Shown here one piece after another: positions 55,850 to 64,000 of a stretch of DNA of 64,000 nt. The DNA lies in NCBI GenBank assembly GCA_964016885.1, contig OZ024744.1, positions 21,700,001 to 21,764,000 of the forward strand. Reading direction: 5' to 3'. The notes beneath the pieces were generated by a model. That model worked only from the letters and a program-made list of their open reading frames with translations. It was not told where the DNA came from and ran no database searches. This stretch comes from Eledone cirrhosa. Lineage: Eukaryota. Positions within the stretch are counted from its first letter, which is position 1. Each line of letters begins with the position of its first letter. Position numbers and translations under genes: made by a program.

Positions 55850-58800
55850 AGGTGACAGCCACAACAGCTATGACATCTTCAGACAGTTAGAAGAGGTGAC
55901 AGCCAAAACAGCTATGACATCTTTAGACAGTTAGAAGAGGTGACAGCCACAACAGCTATGACATCTTTAGACAGTTAGAAGAGGTGACAGGCACAACAGC
56001 TATGACATCTTCAGACAGTTAGAAGAGGTGACAGCCACAACAGCTATGACATCTTCAGACAGAAGAGGTGACAGGCACATCAGCTATGACATCTACAGAC
56101 AGAAGAGGTGACAGCCACAACAGCTATGACATTTCAGACAGTTAGAAGAGGTGACAGGCACAACAGCCATGACATCTTTAGTCAGTTAGAAGAGGTGACA
56201 GCCACAACAGCTATGACATCTTTAGACAGTTAGAAGAGGTGACAGGAACAACAGCTATGACGTCTTCAGACAGTTAGAAGAGGTGACAGGCACAACAGCT
56301 ATGACATCTTCAGACAGTTAGAAGAGGTGACAGCCACAACAGCTATGACGTCTTTAGACAGTTAGAAGAGGTGACAGTAACAACAACTATGACATCTTCA
56401 GAAGTTAGAAGAGGTAACAGGCACAACAGCTATGACATCTTCTGACAGTTAGAAGAGGTGACAGCAACAACAGCTATGACATCTTCAGACAGAAGAGGTG
56501 ACAGGCACAACAGCTATGACATCATCAGATAGTTAGAAGATGTGACAGCAACAACAGCTATGACATCTTCAGACAGAAGAGGTGACAACCATCACAGCTA
56601 TGAGATATTCAGACAGTTAGAAGAGGTGACAGGCACAACAGCTATGACATCCTCAGACAGTTAGAAGAGGTGACAGCCACAACAGCTATGACATCTTCAG
56701 ACAGTTAGAAGAGGTGACAGCAACAAGAGTTATGACATCTTCAGACAGTTAGAAGAGGTGACAGCCACAACAGCTATGACATCTTTAGACAGTTAGAAGA
56801 GGTGACAGCCAAAACAGCTATGACATCTTTAGACAGTTAGAAGAGGTGACAGCCACAACAGCTATGACATCTTTAGACAGTAAGAAGAGGTGACAGGCAC
56901 AACAACTATGACATATTCAGACAGTTAAAGGAGGTGACAGCCACAACAGCTATGACATCTTCAGACAGTTAGAAGAGGTGACAGCCACAACAGCTATGAC
57001 ATCTTTAGACAGTTAGAAGAGGTGACAGCCAGAACAACTATGACATCTTTAGACAGTTAGAAGAGGTGACAGGCACAACAGCTATGACATCTTCAGACAG
57101 AAGAGGTGACAGCCACCACAGCTATGAGATATTCAGACAGTTAGAAGAGGTGACAGCCACAACAGCTATGACATCTTCAGACAGTTAGAAGAGGTGACTG
57201 GCACAACAGCTATGACATCTTCAGACAGTTAGAAGAGGTGACAGGCACAACAGCTATGACATCTTCAGACAGTTAGAAGAGGTGACAGCAACAACAGTTA
57301 TGACATCTTCAGACAGTTAGAAGAGGTTACAGCCACAACAGCTATGACATCTTTAGACAGTTAGAAGAGGTGACAGCCAAAACAGCTATGACATCTTTAG
57401 ACAGTTAGAAGAGGTGACAGCCAGAACAACTATGACATCTTTAGACAGTTAGAAGAGGTGACATGCACAACAGCTATGACATCTTCAGACAGTTAGAAGA
57501 GGTGACAGCCACAACAGCTATGACATCTTCAGACAGAAGAGGTGACAGGCACATCAGCTATGACATCTACAGACAGAAGAGGTGACAGCCACAACAGCTA
57601 TGACATATTCAGACAGTTAGAAGAGGTGACAGCAACAACAGCTCTGACATCTTCAGACAGTTAGAAGAGGTGACAGCCACAACAGCTATGACATCTTTAG
57701 ACAGTTAGAAGAGGTGACAGCCACAACAGCTATGACATCTTTAGAGAGTTAGAAGAGGTGACAGGCACAACAACTATGACATCTTCAGACAGTTAGAAGA
57801 GGTGACAGCCACAACAGCTATGACATCTTCAGACAGAAGAGGTGACAGCCACAACAGCTATGACATCTTCAGACAGTTATAAGATGTGACAGCCACAACA
57901 GCTATGACATCTACAGACAGAAGAGGTGACAGCCACAACAGCTATGACATTTCAGACAGTTAGAAGAGGTGACAGGCACAACATCCATGACATCTTAAGT
58001 CAGTTAGAAGAGGTGACATCACAACAGCTATGACATCTTTAGACAGTTAGAAGAGGTGACAGGAACAACAGCTATGACGTCTTCAGACAGTTAGAAGAGG
58101 TGACAGGCACAACAGCTATGACATCTTCAGACAGAAGAGGTGACAGCCACAACAGCTATGACATCTTCAGACAGTTAGAAGAGGTGACAGGCACAACAGC
58201 TATGACATCTTTAGACAATTAGAAGAGGTGACAGCCACCACAGCTATGAGATATTCAGACAGTTAGAAGAGGTGACAGGCACAACAGCTATGACATCTTC
58301 AGACAGTTAGAAGAGGTGACAGGAACAACAGGTGTGACATCTTTAGACAGTTAGAAGAGGTTACAGGAACAACAGCTATGACATCTTCAGAATGAAGAGG
58401 TGACAGGCACAACAGCTATGACATCTACAAACAGAAGAGGTGACAGCAACAACAGCTATGGCATATTCAGACAGTTAGAAGAGGTAACAGCCACAACAGC
58501 TATGACATCTTCAGACAGTTATAAGATGTGACAGCCACAACAGCTATGACATATTCAGACCATAGAGGTGACAGGCACATCAGCTATGACATCTACAGAC
58601 AGAAGAGGTGACAGCCACAACAGCTATGACATCTTCAGACAGTTAGAAGAGGTGACAGGCACAACAGCCATGACATCTTTAGTCAGTTAGAAGAGGTGAC
58701 AGCCACAACAGCTATGACATATTTAGACAGTTAGAAGAGGTTACAGGCACAACAGCTATGACATCTTCAGACAGTTAGAAGAGGTGACAGGCACAATAGC

Positions 58801-61800
58801 TATGACATCTTTAGACAGTTAGAAGAGGTGACAGGCACAACAGCTATGACATCTTCAGACAGTTAGAAGAGGTGAAAGGCACAACATCTATGACATTTTC
58901 AGACAGTTAGAAGAGTTGACAGCCACAACAGCTATGACATCTTTAGACAGTTAGAAGAGGCGACAGGCACAACAGCTATGACATCTTCAGACAGTTAGAA
59001 GAGGTGACAGCCACAACAGCTATGACGTCTTTAGACAGTTAGAAGAGGTGACAGGAACAACAGCTATGACATCTTCAGACAGTTAGAAGAGGTGACAGCC
59101 ACAACAGCTATGACATCTTTAGACAGTTAGAAGAGGTGACAGCCAAAACAGCTATGACATCTTTAGACAGTTAGAAGAGGTGACAGCCACAACAGCTATG
59201 ACATCTTTAGACAGTTAGAAGAGGTGACAGGCACAACAGCTATGACATCTTCAGACAGTTAGAAGAGGTGACAGCCACAACAGCTATGACATCTTCAGAC
59301 AGAAGAGGTGACAGGCACATCAGCTATGACATCTACAGACAGAAGAGGTGACAGCCACAACAGCTATGACATTTCAGACAGTTAGAAGAGGTGACAGGCA
59401 CAACAGCCATGACATCTTTAGTCAGTTAGAAGAGGTGACAGCCACAACAGCTATGACATCTTTAGACAGTTAGAAGAGGTGACAGGAACAACAGCTATGA
59501 CGTCTTCAGACAGTTAGAAGAGGTGACAGGCACAACAGCTATGACATCTTCAGACAGTTAGAAGAGGTGACAGCCACAACAGCTATGACGTCTTTAGACA
59601 GTTAGAAGAGGTGACAGTAACAACAACTATGACATCTTCAGAAGTTAGAAGAGGTAACAGGCACAACAGCTATGACATCTTCTGACAGTTAGAAGAGGTG
59701 ACAGCAACAACAGCTATGACATCTTCAGACAGAAGAGGTGACAGGCACAACAGCTATGACATCATCAGATAGTTAGAAGATGTGACAGCAACAACAGCTA
59801 TGACATCTTCAGACAGAAGAGGTGACAACCATCACAGCTATGAGATATTCAGACAGTTAGAAGAGGTGACAGGCACAACAGCTATGACATCCTCAGACAG
59901 TTAGAAGAGGTGACAGCCACAACAGCTATGACATCTTCAGACAGTTAGAAGAGGTGACAGCAACAAGAGTTATGACATCTTCAGACAGTTAGAAGAGGTG
60001 ACAGCCACAACAGCTATGACATCTTTAGACAGTTAGAAGAGGTGACAACCAAAACAGCTATGACATCTTTAGACAGTTAGAAGAGGTGACAGCCACAACA
60101 GCTATGACATCTTTAGACAGTTAGAAGAGGTGACAGGCACAACAACTATGACATATTCAGACAGTTAAAGGAGGTGACAGCCACAACAGCTATGACATCT
60201 TCAGACAGTTAGAAGAGGTGACAGCCACAACAGCTATGACATCTTTAGACAGTTAGAAGAGGTGACAGCCAGAACAACTATGACATCTTTAGACAGTTAG
60301 AAGAGGTGACAGGCACAACAGCTATGACATCTTCAGACAGAAGAGGTGACAGCCACCACAGCTATGAGATATTCAGACAGTTAGAAGAGGTGACAGCCGC
60401 AACAGCTATGACATCTTCAGACAGTTAGAAGAGGTGACTGGCACAACAGCTATGACATCTTCAGACAGTTAGAAGAGGTGACAGGCACAACAGCTATGAC
60501 ATCTTCAGACAGTTAGAAGAGGTGACAGCAACAACAGTTATGACATCTTCAGACAGTTAGAAGAGGTTACAGCCACAACAGCTATGACATCTTTAGACAG
60601 TTAGAAGAGGTGACAGCCAAAACAGCTATGACATCTTTAGACAGTTAGAAGAGGTGACAGCCAGAACAACTATGACATCTTTAGACAGTTATAAGATGTG
60701 ACAGCCACAACAGCTATGACATATTCAGACCATAGAGGTGACAGGCACATCAGCTATGACATCTACAGACAAAAGAGGTGACAGCCACAACAGCTATGAC
60801 ATCTTCAGACAGTTAGAAGAGGTGACAGGCACAACAGCCATGACATCTTTAGTCAGTTAGAAGAGGTGACAGCCACAACAGCTATGACATATTTAGACAG
60901 TTAGAAGAGGTTACAGGCACAACAGCTATGACATCTTCAGACAGTTAGAAGAGGTGACAGGCACAATAGCTATGACATCTTTAGACAGTTAGAAGAGGTG
61001 ACAGGCACAACAGCTATGACATCTTCAGACAGTTAGAAGAGGTGAAAGGCACAACATCTATGACATTTTCAGACAGTTAGAAGAGTTGACAGCCACAACA
61101 GCTATGACATCTTTAGACAGTTAGAAGAGGCGACAGGCACAACAGCTATGACATCTTCAGACAGTTAGAAGAGGTGACAGCCACAACAGCTATGACGTCT
61201 TTAGACAGTTAGAAGAGGTGACAGGAACAACAGCTATGACATCTTCAGACAGTTAGAAGAGGTGACAGCCACAACAGCTATGACATCTTTAGACAGTTAG
61301 AAGAGGTGACAGCCAAAACAGCTATGACATCTTTAGACAGTTAGAAGAGGTGACAGCCACAACAGCTATGACATCTTTAGACAGTTAGAAGAGGTGACAG
61401 GCACAACAGCTATGACATCTTCAGACAGTTAGAAGAGGTGACAGCCACAACAGCTATGACATCTTCAGACAGAAGAGGTGACAGGCACATCAGCTATGAC
61501 ATCTACAGACAGAAGAGGTGACAGCCACAACAGCTATGACATTTCAGACAGTTAGAAGAGGTGACAGGCACAACAGCCATGACATCTTTAGTCAGTTAGA
61601 AGAGGTGACAGCCACAACAGCTATGACATCTTTAGACAGTTAGAAGAGGTGACAGGAACAACAGCTATGACGTCTTCAGACAGTTAGAAGAGGTGACAGG
61701 CACAACAGCTATGACATCTTCAGACAGTTAGAAGAGGTGACAGCCACAACAGCTATGACGTCTTTAGACAGTTAGAAGAGGTGACAGTAACAACAACTAT

Positions 61801-64000
61801 GACATCTTCAGAAGTTAGAAGAGGTAACAGGCACAACAGCTATGACATCTTCTGACAGTTAGAAGAGGTGACAGCAACAACAGCTATGACATCTTCAGAC
61901 AGAAGAGGTGACAGGCACAACAGCTATGACATCATCAGATAGTTAGAAGATGTGACAGCAACAACAGCTATGACATCTTCAGACAGAAGAGGTGACAACC
62001 ATCACAGCTATGAGATATTCAGACAGTTAGAAGAGGTGACAGGCACAACAGCTATGACATCCTCAGACAGTTAGAAGAGGTGACAGCCACAACAGCTATG
62101 ACATCTTCAGACAGTTAGAAGAGGTGACAGCAACAAGAGTTATGACATCTTCAGACAGTTAGAAGAGGTGACAGCCACAACAGCTATGACATCTTTAGAC
62201 AGTTAGAAGAGGTGACAACCAAAACAGCTATGACATCTTTAGACAGTTAGAAGAGGTGACAGCCACAACAGCTATGACATCTTTAGACAGTTAGAAGAGG
62301 TGACAGGCACAACAACTATGACATATTCAGACAGTTAAAGGAGGTGACAGCCACAACAGCTATGACATCTTCAGACAGTTAGAAGAGGTGACAGCCACAA
62401 CAGCTATGACATCTTTAGACAGTTAGAAGAGGTGACAGCCAGAACAACTATGACATCTTTAGACAGTTAGAAGAGGTGACAGGCACAACAGCTATGACAT
62501 CTTCAGACAGAAGAGGTGACAGCCACCACAGCTATGAGATATTCAGACAGTTAGAAGAGGTGACAGCCGCAACAGCTATGACATCTTCAGACAGTTAGAA
62601 GAGGTGACTGGCACAACAGCTATGACATCTTCAGACAGTTAGAAGAGGTGACAGGCACAACAGCTATGACATCTTCAGACAGTTAGAAGAGGTGACAGCA
62701 ACAACAGTTATGACATCTTCAGACAGTTAGAAGAGGTTACAGCCACAACAGCTATGACATCTTTAGACAGTTAGAAGAGGTGACAGCCAAAACAGCTATG
62801 ACATCTTTAGACAGTTAGAAGAGGTGACAGCCAGAACAACTATGACATCTTTAGACAGTTAGAAGAGGTGACATGCACAACAGCTATGACATCTTCAGAC
62901 AGTTAGAAGAGGTGACAGCCACAACAGCTATGACATCTTCAGACAGAAGAGGTGACAGGCACATCAGCTATGACATCTACAGACAGAAGAGGTGACAGCC
63001 ACAACAGCTATGACATATTCAGACAGTTAGAAGAGGTGACAGCAACAACAGCTCTGACATCTTCAGACAGTTAGAAGAGGTGACAGCCACAACAGCTATG
63101 ACATCTTTAGACAGTTAGAAGAGGTGACAGCCACAACAGCTATGACATCTTTAGAGAGTTAGAAGAGGTGACAGGCACAACAACTATGACATCTTCAGAC
63201 AGTTAGAAGAGGTGACAGCCACAACAGCTATGACATCTTCAGACAGAAGAGGTGACAGCCACAACAGCTATGACATCTTCAGACAGTTATAAGATGTGAC
63301 AGCCACAACAGCTATGACATCTACAGACAGAAGAGGTGACAGCCACAACAGCTATGACATTTCAGACAGTTAGAAGAGGTGACAGGCACAACAGCCATGA
63401 CATCTTAAGTCAGTTAGAAGAGGTGACATCACAACAGCTATGACATCTTTAGACAGTTAGAAGAGGTGACAGGAACAACAGCTATGACGTCTTCAGACAG
63501 TTAGAAGAGGTGACAGGCACAACAGCTATGACATCTTCAGACAGAAGAGGTGACAGCCACAACAGCTATGACATCTTCAGACAGTTAGAAGAGGTGACAG
63601 GCACAACAGCTATGACATCTTTAGACAATTAGAAGAGGTGACAGCCACCACAGCTATGAGATATTCAGACAGTTAGAAGAGGTGACAGGCACAACAGCTA
63701 TGACATCTTCAGACAGTTAGAAGAGGTGACAGGAACAACAGGTATGACATCTTTAGACAGTTAGAAGAGGTTACAGGAACAACAGCTATGACATCTTCAG
63801 AATGAAGAGGTGACAGGCACAACAGCTATGACATCTACAAACAGAAGAGGTGACAGCAACAACAGCTATGGCATATTCAGACAGTTAGAAGAGGTAACAG
63901 CCACAACAGCTATGACATCTTCAGACAGTTATAAGATGTGACAGCCACAACAGCTATGACATATTCAGACCATAGAGGTGACAGGCACATCAGCTATGAC
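55850..64000 (+). repeat. Three-copy higher-order repeat: 3240-bp unit, 2170-bp internally deleted unit, third unit truncated by the window end
   Basis: AGCCAAAACA at 55901/59141/61311, TCATCAGATAG at 56522/59762/61932, CATAGAGG at 58561/60731/63971. Confidence 0.9.

Larger units (their letters stand above)
1..64000 (+). repeat. Tandem satellite array, 44-bp monomer with frequent 40-bp (minus GTTA) variant; about 1,500 copies; extends beyond both window ends
   Basis: GAAGAGGTGACA-NNN-ACAACAGCTATGACATCTTCAGACA(GTTA) recurs on every line from base 1 to 64000 with only point variants and small indels. Consensus composition is A16 C10 G10 T8 (45% GC, no CpG). Confidence 0.99.
29150..64000 (+). 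repeat. Right sub-array (variant set R), with longer runs of 44-bp monomers
   Basis: Markers first appear after ~29150 and persist to the end: GAATGAAGAGG (29176), GACCATAGAGG (29344), GGCACATCAGC (29360), GCCAAAGCAGC (29663), GAGGCGAC (29743), GCCACCACAGCTATGAGATATT (29923), and the 43-bp GACATTTCAG monomer (~30458). Confidence 0.85.

Noticed and set aside
1-64000. CRISPR array or repeat-spacer system
   Set aside because: Monomers abut directly. The variable part is a few bases with recurring alleles rather than unique spacers, and there is no cas gene or leader.
1-64000. Rolling-circle or amplification concatemer artefact, or pure sequencing noise
   Set aside because: Variants recur in ordered, nested, position-specific blocks with inherited differences, as expected of an evolved array. 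Individual near-identical duplications still need read validation.
1-64000. Canonical telomerase-type telomeric repeat
   Set aside because: There is no G-run/TTAGGG-like unit and G equals C on the strand. The GTTAG resemblance is only 5 bp and is absent from the 40-mer.
1-64000. Embedded transposon, tRNA/rRNA, inversion or unique island
   Set aside because: On reading through I found no stretch departing from the monomer by more than a few bases, and no reverse-orientation monomer (TGTCATAGCTGTTGTG).

Overview
The whole 64 kb window is one uninterrupted, head-to-tail tandem array (satellite DNA) that runs off both ends. The consensus monomer is 44 bp (GAAGAGGTGACAGCCACAACAGCTATGACATCTTCAGACAGTTA), interspersed with a common 40 bp form lacking GTTA. 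That gives roughly 1,500 monomers (64,000/~43), all in the same orientation. I see no unique sequence, gene, RNA gene, transposon or CRISPR spacer. All 48 listed ORFs are by-products of 44+40 = 84 bp alternation. The information lies in the variant pattern: two monomer sub-populations (left and right of ~27-29 kb), nested higher-order duplications (about 0.13 to 5.5 kb), an internal 9/18-bp sub-repeat and an imperfect dyad in each monomer. I do not recognise the satellite family or organism. Scale and organisation suggest eukaryotic heterochromatin (inference). I found no support for a novel gene-encoded system. Block boundaries were read by eye from marker variants and are approximate to about one or two monomers. 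Offsets between markers are more exact.
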